Assembly (NCBI GenBank): GCA_963809485.1
Contig: CAWEJX010000012.1
Span: forward strand, 1 to 64,000
Source: an uncultured Acidobacteriota bacterium
GTDB lineage: Bacteria; Acidobacteriota; UBA6911
Direction: 5' to 3'
DNA: 64,000 nucleotides
Positions 1 through 10,918 of this stretch are shown in pieces. The translations under genes and the position numbers were made by a program. Position 1 is the first letter of the stretch. Every line of letters begins with the position of its first letter. The notes below the pieces were generated by a model. That model was not told where the DNA came from and did no database searches. It was given only the letters and a program-made list of their open reading frames with translations.

Positions 1-161
1 CAGTAAAATTACGCCTGCGAAGCTTTCGGAGACAGCTTGCCGCCCCTTTCACATAGGGCAGTTTTTAAAAGCGGCAGTTAACAGCCGCACATCTCCGAAA
101 GTCGCCCGGGTGCGACAAAGTATGCGGCATTAAGCGAGAACGCCGGCGCTCCCAGGAGGTC

Positions 162-1019
162 ATGGAAATCAACGCTAATATAAATTATTTCGCAGGTGTA
201 GATATCGGGTCGACGATGACCAAGGTGGTCATCGTGGGCGGCACCAAGGAAACTGCTTTGATAGGGCCAACGGGACCGGAGCACCGGAAGCTGGCGAATC
301 GGGTGATGCAGCAAGCCCTGGATCAGGCAGGCATCGCATTCAGCGATGTGACGTACATCGTCGCAACCGGGTACGGCAGAATCAATGTGCCATTTGCCGA
401 CCGGCAGGTTACCGAAATCACCTGTCATGCGAAGGGATTGTCCAGCCTCCTTCCTTCCGCCCGCACCGTGGTCGACATCGGGGGGCAGGACAGCAAAGGC
501 ATACGGATAGAAAACGGCAAAGTCGTCGATTTCGTCATGAATGACAAATGCGCTGCCGGCACCGGTCGTTTCCTGGAAATTATTGCGGAAGCCCTCGGCG
601 TTCCCCTTGAAAAATTGGGAGAGATCTCTTTGGCAGCGGAGCGGCCGGCGGTGATCGGCAACATGTGCACAGTCTTCGCCGAACAGGAGGTTATCTCGCA
701 GCTTGCCGGCGGAGAACCCGTGCCAAACCTCGTAGCAGGCATCCACCAGGCAATCGCGGGCCGCATATTTGCCCTGGTAAGCAAACTGAAGATCAAGCCG
801 GATGTAGCCATCACCGGCGGAGGAGCGAAAAACATCGGGCTGGTAAAAGCCCTGGAAGCCAAGTTCGGCTGCCCGGTGCTGGTTCCCGCGGAACCGCTCC
901 TCACGGGCGCTCTCGGCGCAGCCCTGGTCGGACGGGAGATGTGTGAGAAAGCCGCAAAGGCCGGGAGCGCACTTGTCACAAAGCCGCGTCAATTGAAAGA
1001 GGTTCGCCTTTTCAGCTAG
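162..1019 (+). CDS. BadF/BadG/BcrA/BcrD-type ATPase (acyl-CoA dehydratase/reductase activase)
   Basis: Motifs GVDIGSTMTK, ATGYGR, EITCHAKG, DIGGQDSK, MNDKCAAGTGRFLE, CTVFAE. Confidence 0.92.
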   Translation: MEINANINYFAGVDIGSTMTKVVIVGGTKETALIGPTGPEHRKLANRVMQQALDQAGIAFSDVTYIVATGYGRINVPFADRQVTEITCHAKGLSSLLPSARTVVDIGGQDSKGIRIENGKVVDFVMNDKCAAGTGRFLEIIAEALGVPLEKLGEISLAAERPAVIGNMCTVFAEQEVISQLAGGEPVPNLVAGIHQAIAGRIFALVSKLKIKPDVAITGGGAKNIGLVKALEAKFGCPVLVPAEPLLTGALGAALVGREMCEKAAKAGSALVTKPRQLKEVRLFS

Positions 1020-1073
1020 TCGGCAGTCGAGATTTGGAGATTCGGTAGATTGTCGAAATTTGGAGTGCGTTGC

Positions 1074-1839
1074 ATGAAATATTCACTAGGGATCGACGTC
1101 GGATCGAGCTTTGCGAAAGCCGTTGTGCTTGGAGACAGGCGTTTTATTGTCTTGGGCGGTCTCGCCTTCGGGCGGCAACTTCGCGGAGGCGGCCCGCAAA
1201 GTCGCCCAAGCGGCCATCGAAAAAGCAGTTCTCTCCGATGCAGACATCTCCACAACGATCGCAACAGGCTACGGCGCCGCGGCCGTTGATTTCGCGAACC
1301 GGACGGTTGCCGACATCACATGCCACGCAGCGGGAGTTTTTCATCTCGTCCCTTCGGCCAGAACGGTCATGGATATAGGCAGCCAGTTTTGCCGGGCCAT
1401 AAAACTGGACGGCGACGGCCGCGTATCCAATTTTGTACAGAACGAGAAATGCGCCGGCGGGAGCGGCAAATTCCTTCAGGTCATCGCCCGGATACTTCAT
1501 ATGAAGGTCGAGGACATCGGCGCCCTGTCTTTGGAATCGACAAATCCGGTGGAGTTCACTACGGGATGCGCGGTTTTCGCAGAATCGGAAGCCGTGTCGA
1601 GAATCGCGGAAGGAGCGAGCCCCGCGGATATCCTGGCGGGTGTTCACAAGGCGATGTCGGCAAAGATCGCAAACCTGACTGTTCGTCTTGGCCTTGTGCA
1701 GGACTGCGTGGTCACGGGCGGAGGCGCCAGGGATATTGGTCTCGTACGAACGCTGGAAGCGGAATTAGGCATGAGAGTGCTGGTCCCGGAAGAACCTCAG
1801 ATCACCGCCGCCCTCGGCGCCGCCCTCCTCGGACACTAA
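1074..1839 (+). CDS. Second BadF/BcrA-type ATPase activase, one frameshift near 1120-1130
   Basis: MKYSLGIDVGSSFAKAVV from ATG 1074 joins the 1111..1839 frame (ATGYG, ITCHAAG, NEKCAGGSGKFL, CAVFAESE). Confidence 0.85.
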
Positions 1840-1860
1840 CGGTTTCAGGCAATAAAATAC

Positions 1861-1921
1861 GCCACAGATTTCACAGATTCCACAGACTTTTCTAATCTGC
1901 AAAATCTGTGCAATCCGTGGC
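1861..1921. repeat. Imperfect palindrome built of cacagat/atctgtg units between convergent genes; possible bidirectional terminator
   Basis: gccacagatttcacagatt...aatctgtgcaatccgtggc; a similar element lies at 46340-46379. Confidence 0.55.
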
Positions 1922-2003
1922 GTATTGATTTCTCTCGCTTGAAACCGGAATTGGCTTCTTTGTGCCGTCCAGGAATGCTAGCCCGACACCAATATGCAGC
2001 TTG

Positions 2004-3555
2004 TTATCTCTTCGTTTTGGCTTCTTCTCTGAGTTTGGCGTAATAGGCGTCAAACGCCTTGATTTTATCCATGTTTGGATGCGGCCTTGCGCCGGGCGTC
2101 TTGTCGAAGAACATCGTCTTCTGTTCTTTTTCATCGAAGGTCGGCCAAGCCGGCAGACCCGGACCATTCGGATCGCCCTTCGTTGCGAAGTTGACCCAGT
2201 ACGAACTTATCAGCTCGGATAAAGCCTTATCCTCCGGTCCGTTCGATCCGCCCAAAATCTGCTACTCCAGATTGCCGAACACATACCTGATTTCGGAGCC
2301 ATGATTGGCGCCATCGGGCGACGCGGGCGTGCGATGATCGAAGTAGTAGACAAAGGCTTTGTTTTTGCCATTCCTGGACTGCAATTTGGCCCAGGCCCAG
2401 GTCGGCCATGCGAACATGGAATCGCGCATAATGTCTTTTGCGGCCCTTGTTGCCTCGGCATCCGTAGCATGCGGATAGGCTTTTAGAATAGCGTCCGCGC
2501 CCGCCCCATACTGGCTGCGGATCATTTTTTCAAATGCCGCGCTTGTGGTTTTTTGCGTCACAAACAATCCGCCTTCGTCGGAATTCGTGCCAACGAGAAT
2601 GGGCGTATCGTTGAATTTGCCGGCCTCGAACAGCGCGTATTGATTTTCCGCAATAGTCTACACCATCGGCGACCGGCCAGAAGCTGCCCATGCCTTTGGT
2701 TTCCTTTTGAATCGTTTCCGCGCTAAGAGCGCGCGCAGCCTTGATGTCATTGGCGCCGAGTTTGCTTAGGTAGGCTTTCCCCTGCTCTTCCGCGACCTTC
2801 AGGGATGCGCGAGGCGGCGTCATGGAACCGCCGCTTTCAGAAATGGCGCGATGAAAAAGACCCTTGGCCATAGGAGATGCCGTGAGCATGCTGACGGAAA
2901 TACCGCCGGCAGATTCGCCGAAGATAGTCACGTTCTTGGGATCGCCGCCTAACTGTGCAATATTCGCCTTCACCCACCTAAGACCGGCAATCTGATCCTG
3001 GATGCCGTAGGCACCGGAGCCTTTGCCGCTTTCTTTGCTGAGTTCAGGATGGGCCAGGAAACCCATGGGCCCGACGCGATATGTCACGCTGACCAGGACC
3101 ACGCCCTTCTTGGCAAGGTTGGTGCCGTCATACGTCGGCGTGCTGGTCATGCCGATGCCGAAGCCGCCGCCATAGATCCACACCATGACAGGCCGCTTTT
3201 CGCCGGCCTTCTTCGCACCGGTCCAGACATTAAGGTAAAGGCAATCTTCGCTGATCTTCTGGGGACCGCCCAGCATGGCGCCAAAGGCCGTATCCTGCAT
3301 CGGGCCGGGCCCGAATTCATTCGCTTTCCTGACGCCCTGCCACGGCTTGACCGGCTGCGGCGATCTCCAGCGCAGATCGCCAACAGGCGGAGCGGCAAAA
3401 GGAACACCCTTGAAGGAAGCAATGCCGTCCTTCACAACACCTTCAACAATGCCTCCGGTGACCTTCGCGGTCGAAATCTGGGCCAGAACCGGAATTGCGG
3501 CGCATAGGATTATGGCCAGCACCGCGACTAAATACCTGGAATGTTTAAAAGTCAT
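2004..3555 (-). CDS. Secreted type-B carboxylesterase (split by a frameshift ~2655 and an in-frame TAG at 2262-2264)
   Basis: Signal peptide, FKGVPFAAPPVGDLRW, SEDCLYLNVW, WIYGGGF, GESAGG nucleophile elbow, GANHGSE, YWVNFATKGDPNG across three ORF pieces. Confidence 0.9.
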
Positions 3556-3897
3556 TGGGACTCCTTTATTGGATATTTGTATTCAAATCATCGCAAACCC
3601 GACACCATTGAAGGCACAGCATACAATGGAATTCTGCTGGCAGGTCCTGCCAGGCCTTGCTGCCATGGGACTGCCTGAACTCGACCATACTCCATATTTG
3701 CCCCCAAATATGAATCATAGTCAATAATAAACGGAAAAGAGGAATGGTTTTAACTATATCCATTGATTATACAATGAAGGCAGAATCCGGTTTGATTGGC
3801 ATGGCTATTACGTAGTAGAAAGTCTGTAAGAATGCTGGCTAGCTCATGCGCACGAGAATAAAGGACAGCGGCATTTGTGAAATCAGTGGGGGGACAA

Positions 3898-4928
3898 ATG
3901 AAGGATTCCTATACCAGGGGCAAGCTGGGCATTATGGCGTGTGACTTCCGGCAAGCCATTTGCAGAGAAAGTGATTGCGGAGTTGAAGGAGATAATCCAC
4001 AAGGAGAATCATGCGACAACCTTTGCGATTATTAAAACCAGGGAGACAAGGTTCAGCAACGGCGAGATCAAGACTGAGATAGATACGAGCATAAGAAACC
4101 AGGATGTGTATATCTTCCAGGATGTTGAAAACAAAAGCTCCGGCTTGAATATTAACGATAATGTCATGGCCCTCAAGACAGCCATCCAGGCTGCCAGGAT
4201 GGCGGATGCGCAGCATATCACCGTGGTAATCCCGGCGTTCCCTTATGCCAGACAGGACAAGCCTAAGACCCGGGAAGGCATCACTGCTGCCATGATTGCC
4301 AGGGAACTGGAGGACACTGGGGCGGCGAGCATAATCACTCTTGATATACACAACGACGCAATCGCCGGCTTCTTCAGGAAGGCCAATCTTGAGAATCTGA
4401 GAGCTTCAAAGAATTTGGCGGATTATATCCAAGAGAAGATTGGGCTGAAGGACCTTGTTATTGTGGCGCCGGATGCCGGCGGAGCAGCCAGAGCCAATTT
4501 CTATCGCCAAAAAGCTGGGGGTGAAGCTGGCGCTAATTCATAAAGAGCGCGATTACTCAAGAGCGAACGCCATTAACAGCATGAGTCTGATAGGAAATGT
4601 TAAAGGCAAGGTGGCCTTTGTTGTGGATGACCTGATAGACACCGGGGGTACGGTGGTAAATGCGGCCAGGAAACTCAAGGAATTCGGGGCAAGGAAAATA
4701 TACTTTGCAGCCAGCCTTGCAATGCTCAACGGCCCCGCTATTGAGCGGTTTGACAAGGCGCACAAAGAAGGCCTTATAACCAAGGTTATTGGCACCAATG
4801 TCATTTATCACGGAGAGGATTTGAAGAAAAAGCATAAATGGTATGAAGAAGTCAGCCTGGCCAAATACTTTGCCAGAGTCATATACAACATCAACAGAGG
4901 CATAAGCATAAGCCGGCTGCTGGATTGA
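3898..4928 (+). CDS. prs: Ribose-phosphate pyrophosphokinase (frameshifts ~3946 and ~4500)
   Basis: ATG 3898 MKDSYTRGKLGIMACD, then FSNGE, PYARQDK, LDIH, VAPDAGG, VVDDLIDTGGT. Confidence 0.9.
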
Positions 4929-5066
4929 AATCATAATAGAATTGCATTGGCGCGATTGGTTTTGCGGTGCTTCCCCAATCTACTGTTTGGTGACCCAAGT
5001 ACGGCATGAGTACGTAGTGTGACCATGACTCGGGGGCGGCCCACGGAAGATGTCTTTAATGCCCAA

Positions 5067-6857
5067 TCAGGGGCGCCGGTCCTCCCAGTCCTCCCAATCC
5101 ACTCCCCAGGTTTTGAGATAAGTGCTGACGGCTGCGCCCAGTGTGGGGAAAAAGGTTTGCTCGCCCAGGCGAGCAAACAGACCGAATCGTTTCAGCTTGT
5201 CCTTAACCGGATCCTTCATTTCGGCAAAGCACAACTCGATTCCAGCCGTATGCAGGGTTTCGTCCAGTTCGGCAACTACGTCCGCGGCGGTAACGTCCAC
5301 ACTCGTGACCGGTTCCGCCGCTACGACCATCCAGCGTACCGGCGTTGGGGAATCGGCCACCGCGTCGAGCACGCGGTCACGGAACAATTCCGCGTTGGCG
5401 AAGAACAAGGGGGCATCCCACCGGAACAGAACCAGACCGGGGATACGGCGTGCATCGGGATAGCGCTGCGTGTCGTGGTATCCCTTTACCCCTTCGGCGC
5501 GACCAAGAACGGCGGAATGCGGGCGCCAGCCATCCCACAGGAATTCAATCACGGCAATCACGATCGCAAGGCCGATGCCCGGAACCGCGCCGAGCACGGC
5601 CACCCCGACCGTACACAAAATCGAGAGCCAGAACTCCCAATGCTGGATGCGGAAGATTCGACGCAGGTCGGTGATTTCGATCAGGCCTATGGCCGATGCG
5701 ATCACTACGGCAGCAAGCGCGCTGCCGGGAAGATTTCGCAGCAGGTCCGGCGCCCTCATCAGCAGTATGGCCACGCTGAGCGCTCCCACGACACCGGTCA
5801 ACTGGGATCGGGCACCGGAAGCTTCGGCCACGGGAGTGCGGGTCGAACTGCTGCTGATCGGAAAACCCTGAAATAAACCTGCTGCTAGGTTGGCAACCCC
5901 TAGTCCAACCATCTCCTGGTTCGGATCGACATGGGTACGAGTTCGTGCTGCATAAGCGCGAGAAAGCACGCTGGTCTCGGCGAATGAGACCAGGGCGACG
6001 GCGAGCCCGCCGAGCAAAACCGAACCAAGGTCGGCGTAGGCGATCCGCGGTGCAGCGAAATCAGGCAAACCCTGAGGGAGAGAACCAAGCACCGACACGG
6101 ACGCGCGCGTCCCGAGGTCCAGTGCGCCGACAATAGCAGTCGAACCTGCCACGGCGATGAGGATGCCCGGGATGCGTTTGATTCCCTTGAGCAGCAAGAT
6201 CACCGCCAGCGTGCCCGCACCGATCATGAACGCTGTCCAGTTGGCGCGGCCATCCAACACCGATGTGACAAAGACCCAAAGGTCTTTCACTGGTCCTGTG
6301 CCCTCGATCGAGAACCCAAACAGCTTAGGCAGTTGATTGACTAATATCGTCAATGCGATTCCGTTCATATACCCATAGCGGATCGGCTTGGAGAGGAGTT
6401 CTGTGATGAATCCCAGACGTGCCAGGCCGCCCAGGATGCACGCTGTCCCCGAGACGACGGCCATCATGCCGGCCAGAGCGACGGCGCGTTTCGGATCGCC
6501 GCCGGAATGCGACAGGACAACTGCAAGGATAACAGCAGCCAGGGAGGAGTCGGGGCCCAGCACCAGGATACGGCTGGGGCCGAACATCGCGTATGCCAGC
6601 AGAGGAATGATCGTCGCATAAAGACCATAAATGCCGGGCACTCCGGATGCTACCGCGTAGGCAATGCCAACGGGCACCAGCATCGTAGTCAGCACCAACC
6701 CGGCGACGATGTCATGCCACAACCAGGAGGCCTGATAGCGCCGCAACATTTGCACGCCCGGCAGCCATCGAATCCAGTCGGTCCGGTCAGAACCGTGCTT
6801 GGAACGCGAGCCACGTCCCGTTTCTGAGCCAGGCGTCAAATTGCCGGAATGGCTCAT
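5067..6857 (-). CDS. sulP: SulP family anion permease with C-terminal STAS domain
   Basis: DIVAGL..VPVGIAYA..GLYA..FGPSR motif, NQEMVGLG, STAS PLFFANA/VDVTA. Confidence 0.92.
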   Translation of the reverse strand: MSHSGNLTPGSETGRGSRSKHGSDRTDWIRWLPGVQMLRRYQASWLWHDIVAGLVLTTMLVPVGIAYAVASGVPGIYGLYATIIPLLAYAMFGPSRILVLGPDSSLAAVILAVVLSHSGGDPKRAVALAGMMAVVSGTACILGGLARLGFITELLSKPIRYGYMNGIALTILVNQLPKLFGFSIEGTGPVKDLWVFVTSVLDGRANWTAFMIGAGTLAVILLLKGIKRIPGILIAVAGSTAIVGALDLGTRASVSVLGSLPQGLPDFAAPRIAYADLGSVLLGGLAVALVSFAETSVLSRAYAARTRTHVDPNQEMVGLGVANLAAGLFQGFPISSSSTRTPVAEASGARSQLTGVVGALSVAILLMRAPDLLRNLPGSALAAVVIASAIGLIEITDLRRIFRIQHWEFWLSILCTVGVAVLGAVPGIGLAIVIAVIEFLWDGWRPHSAVLGRAEGVKGYHDTQRYPDARRIPGLVLFRWDAPLFFANAELFRDRVLDAVADSPTPVRWMVVAAEPVTSVDVTAADVVAELDETLHTAGIELCFAEMKDPVKDKLKRFGLFARLGEQTFFPTLGAAVSTYLKTWGVDWEDWEDRRP

Positions 6858-7281
6858 ATGCGTTCGCCCGATCGTGAAATGTGTTTCGTCATAAGGGTCC
6901 CCCTATGTCTCTAATTTAAAAAGTAGTGCAACAATTCGGGGGTTGGTCACCCTGAAGCTCATCCCGAGCTGTTTCTCTGCTATTACTCCATGTACCAGAC
7001 GTAGTACGCGCAAGAACGTGAATTACTTGATTTCAGCTTCTGAGACATGGGCTGCAGCGATTCGAGAAACGACATTAAATGTTTGATGCTATTTTATATT
7101 GTGTGCAGAAATCAAGCTTTAGATTTCGTATGCATTGTGACGGCATATTCTGCAATCGGGCCGAATCTAAAAGCCGAGACTTGGTTCATCCATGACAGCG
7201 GGGTGGCATACCTTGTCTATCTGTCTGTTGTCACTTGCTCGATCATTTCACTTGCACCCGTTGCTTCGGCGGCGCCGGGAC

Positions 7282-7925
7282 ATGGAAACTCCATTTACTC
7301 CCAATGGTTCTAGTGAGCCGATTGCGGAACTTGAAGTTTATGAGGATAAAGTTTTGAACAATGAAGAAAGTTTCACTGATGCACAATGTGGGGCCCCGGG
7401 TACGTATCACCACTGCCACACACCCGGGATTTGTCGGTTTTATGGCTAATATCCAAACCGGCATTTTACCGCTTGCATGTAGGTATGGGGGAGGCAGCAT
7501 TCACATGGAAAATGCACTGAACCCTGTCCGCAACTATCAGTATACAATGTGGAAACGTTGGCAAGATCATGACGAATTTCATGAAAAACAATTTAGCCCG
7601 ATCTTTGAGCCATGTACCAGTTGCCTGGGGATGGTGGTTGAAGGCCCATTTGAGCCGGGTTTACGGCATTGTCAAAGCCAAGATGCCACTTGTTCGATCT
7701 ATGGGGCAAATCGCCGATCTTGGTAGCGATTTTTTAAAGCAAAAAGATTTCATCCGCTTTGCCACCCCACAGCGTTGTATTGCCATCGGCGAACATACGG
7801 TGGCTCCGAAGGGAAAAGGCATTTGAAGAAGGCGCAATCAAAACTATGGAAGCCTTGTCTGACTCACTGGTTTTCTCGGGTACATGGTTTTGAAACAAAT
7901 CGGGGTCTGCGCATTGGGCAGCTGT
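7282..7925 (+). pseudogene. sor: Sulfur oxygenase reductase remnant (frameshifted, C-terminally truncated)
   Basis: VGPRVRITTATHPGFVGF, RYGGG, QYTMWKRWQDHDEFH, CTSC, GPFEP, IGEHTV, GFLGYMVLKQIGV are collinear with the SOR family as I recall it. Confidence 0.85.
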
Positions 7926-8147
7926 AATCTGGAAATCAGAGGCCATTTTTCAGGAGCAGGAGTGGCACCCGATCAGCCACATACCGATTCCAGCCAAAGC
8001 TAACACCGTGGCGATCTACGCCGCAGCCATGGTTAAGGGTGCATCCATCCGCAGATTGCCAGACAATGGCTTGACTACCTGGTGTCGCCACAGGCACTGA
8101 AGATTTTTGAGCGTTATGGGTTCAAATCATACACCGGCGCGAAGTGA
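7918..8147 (+). pseudogene. C-terminal fragment of a ModA/SBP_bac_11-like ABC substrate-binding protein
   Basis: AAVIWKSEAIFQEQ..HPISHIPIPAKANTVAIYAAAMVKGA / HPQIARQWLDYLVSPQALKIFERYGFKSYTGAK*. Confidence 0.6.
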
Positions 8148-8253
8148 TCCGGAATGGGCGCAAAACGATTGCACAGGGGACGGCCAGGATAGAGGTTTCT
8201 GGCACCCTCTGAAAGAGGAGGCCGTGGATGGCCTCGCTAAAAGGAGTGAATCC

Positions 8254-9212
8254 ATGTCAAACGGCACGGGAATGCAAGGAATGCTCTACCGAACGCTCGG
8301 CGGCACGGGAGAGAAAGTCTCGGCGATCGGGATTGGGGGTTGGCATATTGGTTTGAACGGGGTGGATGAGCAATTGAGCATCCGCATCATTCGCACTGCC
8401 GTTGATCGCGACATCAACTTCATGGATAACTCTTGGGATTACAGCGAAGGGGCCAGCGAGATCCGCATGGGCAAAGCGCTGCGCGATGGTTACCGGGAGA
8501 GGGTATTTCTGATGACGAAGATCGATGGCCGATCAAAGAAAGAAGCAGCGAGGCAGCTCGACCAATCGCTCCGTCGCCTTCAGGCATGATCGATCTCGTC
8601 CAGCACCACGAAGTGCTCCGGTACGAAGACCCGCACCGGATCTTTGATGACGAAGGGGCCAATGCAGCGCTCATGGAAGCCCGTAAAGCGGGGAAACTCC
8701 GCTATATCGGTTTCACGGGGCACAAGGACCCAAGGATCCATCTGCATATGCTGCACGTGGCGGCAGATTACGGTTTCGCTTTCGATGCTGTCCAGATGCC
8801 CCTCAACGTGATGGACGCCCATTATCGTAGTTTTGAAAAAGAGGTGTTGCCGGAGCTGGTACGGCAGAAAACAGGGATCCTTGGGATGAAAAGCATGGCG
8901 AACGGGATTCTGCTGAAGTCTAAAACGGTGACACCGATCGAGTGTCTGCATTACGCGCTGAATCTACCCACTTCAGTGGTCATAACCGGTATCGACAGCA
9001 TGGAGATTCTGGATCAGGCATGCGAAGCAGTGCGGACGTTTCGCCCGATGAGCGCTGAGGAGGTACGCTCCTTGCTGTCAAAAACCGCCACGGCGGCGGC
9101 ACACGGTGAGTTCGAGCCATTCAAGACCACATCCATATTCGACGGTACCGCCCGGAACCCTCAGTGGTTGGGAGAGGAACCACAACGCCTGCAGCAGCTG
9201 ATGCCAAGGTAA
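8254..9212 (+). CDS. Aldo/keto reductase (frameshift ~8585)
   Basis: YRTLGGTGEKVSAIGIGG, FMDNSWDY, FLMTK, IDLVQHH, GKLRYIGFTGH. Confidence 0.88.
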
Positions 9213-9299
9213 TCCGGGGGACGAAAGTGTCACGAGGGCCGGTTCACTAGACGGGATAAAAGAACGCGAAAACAGAATCTATTTTTCCTAGGAGAAAAT

Positions 9300-9803
9300 A
9301 TGAAAGCCTTGATTATAAGTGCGGATAATTTTGAAGACTCTGAGCTGCTGATCCCCTACTACCGGCTGAAGGAGACAGGCGTCGAAGTGACGGTGGCCTC
9401 CCTGACCCGCGGTAATATCACGGGCAAACACGGCTACGAAGTGACCGTGGACAAAACTCTCGACGAGGTCAACCCTGACGACTATTCACTCTTGGTCTTG
9501 CCAGGGGGAAAAGCGCCGGCAGTGGTGAGAAAAGAATTGAAGGCTCTGGAGATCGCTCGGAGTTTTTTTGCTCGCAGAAAACCGGTGGCAGCAATCTGTC
9601 ACGGACCACAGATCTTGATCAGCGCCGGTCTTTTGCGGGGTCGACGTGCCACCTGCTATATGTCGGTGGCCGATGAGCTGAAAGAGGCTGGGGCGCTCTA
9701 TGAGGATCGGGAGGTGGTGGTTGACACCAATCTGGTCACGTCCCGGCAACCGGAAGATCTCCCCGCGTTCATGCGCGAAACCATGAAACAGATCGGGCTT
9801 TAG
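9300..9803 (+). CDS. PfpI/DJ-1 family (type 1 glutamine amidotransferase-like) protein
   Basis: FEDSEL, LVLPGG, AAICHGP, LVTSRQPEDLPAF; RBS aggaga. Confidence 0.93.
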   Translation: MKALIISADNFEDSELLIPYYRLKETGVEVTVASLTRGNITGKHGYEVTVDKTLDEVNPDDYSLLVLPGGKAPAVVRKELKALEIARSFFARRKPVAAICHGPQILISAGLLRGRRATCYMSVADELKEAGALYEDREVVVDTNLVTSRQPEDLPAFMRETMKQIGL

Positions 9804-9855
9804 CGTTCCTGACGTTAAGTCCGCAAGCAGGCACCACCAATCCCCCATCCTCAGT

Positions 9856-10029
9856 CGGGTGGCGGGCAATGAAAAGGAATTGGTGGCTGCATTGGAAAAG
9901 TCCAAAACCTTCAAAAGCCTCACCTTTATCGAGGTGATCCTGGATCGCACAGATTGCAGCAAGGCACTTGTGGTATGGGGCACGGCCGTGGCAGATTACA
10001 ATGCGGGCAAGGGTAAAGCCGCTGGCTAA
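9856..10029 (+). pseudogene. C-terminal scrap of a TPP-dependent alpha-keto acid (pyruvate/indolepyruvate) decarboxylase
   Basis: ELVAALEKSKTFKSLTFIEVILDRTDCSKALVVWGTAVADYN resembles the PDC C-terminus (LIE...REDC..L..WG..V). Confidence 0.6.
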
Positions 10030-10140
10030 GCTGCTTTTATCTATGGACAATTTCTAAATCATCTCCACATGAAAGGAGAACACACGGCAAATCAATGAAT
10101 CGCTGCAACGCCTCGATGAGGCACTGCACGCCGAAGGCAT

Positions 10141-10232
10141 GGAGATCGGAAAACAGCTTCGGAAGAGCTGGGATCAGTTTGCGTACACTCCAGTATCGCC
10201 TGAAGGAATATGGGATTACCGGCCGAGACTAG
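10141..10232 (+). pseudogene. Fis-type HTH scrap of a sigma-54 activator
   Basis: GDRKTASEELG/ISLRTLQYRLKEYGI with a frameshift. Confidence 0.6.
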
Positions 10233-10294
10233 CATTAGATAATGAACTAATACCAGTGTAATGAAGAATCTCATTTATCACGAAAGAAGAAAAT

Positions 10295-10852
10295 ATGATA
10301 TTAGCGGAAAGGTATCGCGGCCTGTCTCAGCAGCAGTTGCTGGAGAAAGCCTTCGATCTTGGTGTTTGCTTTGAAAAGTATTCAGGGAGCTGTTCCCAAT
10401 GCACGGCGGCAGCTCTCAGGGATATTCTTGGCTTCGAGGATGTGGTCGTCAGAGTCGCCACCTCCTCGTGCGGTGGCCAAGCCGGACTTTCGACGGGAGC
10501 ATGCGGTGGCGTTATCGGGGGAACCATTGTGCTGGACTATTATCTTGGCCGCCCCGCAGATATGGTCTCGGCAACGCAGCCTATTCCGCAAGGCATGGAG
10601 GATTTTTCCCGTGCTATGGAGGCGGCCAGATCGTTGTGTGAAAAGTTTATCCGGCAATACGGTTCTATACTTTGCCCCCAGATCCAATCTAAAATTTTTG
10701 GCCGATCCTTCAATCATCAGGATCCCGCCGACTGGCAGGCATTTTTAGAAGCTGGCGCTCATACTGATCCGACAAAATGCATGAGCGTGGTGGGAAATGC
10801 GGCACGGTGGACACTGGAAACGCTTATCGAAATGCAGGTTGTCACACTATAA
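10295..10852 (+). CDS. C-GCAxxG-C-C family putative redox protein
   Basis: SCSQC, GACGGVIGG, GSILCPQIQ, KCMSVV. Confidence 0.85.
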   Translation: MILAERYRGLSQQQLLEKAFDLGVCFEKYSGSCSQCTAAALRDILGFEDVVVRVATSSCGGQAGLSTGACGGVIGGTIVLDYYLGRPADMVSATQPIPQGMEDFSRAMEAARSLCEKFIRQYGSILCPQIQSKIFGRSFNHQDPADWQAFLEAGAHTDPTKCMSVVGNAARWTLETLIEMQVVTL

Positions 10853-10918
10853 CAGGCGGTCCCGCAGCAGTCGAATACGTACGTTGAGCACGGCTGACGC
10901 GAAGGACGAGGCCGGCCA

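Noticed and set aside
2256-2264. In-frame TAG in the esterase as possible pyrrolysine or read-through
   Set aside because: Non-catalytic variable loop; two compensating G-run indels would restore NLGVADFGG; no pyl context
3796-3812. Sigma-54-like promoter TTGGCATGGCTATTACG upstream of prs
   Set aside because: The invariant -12 GC is absent
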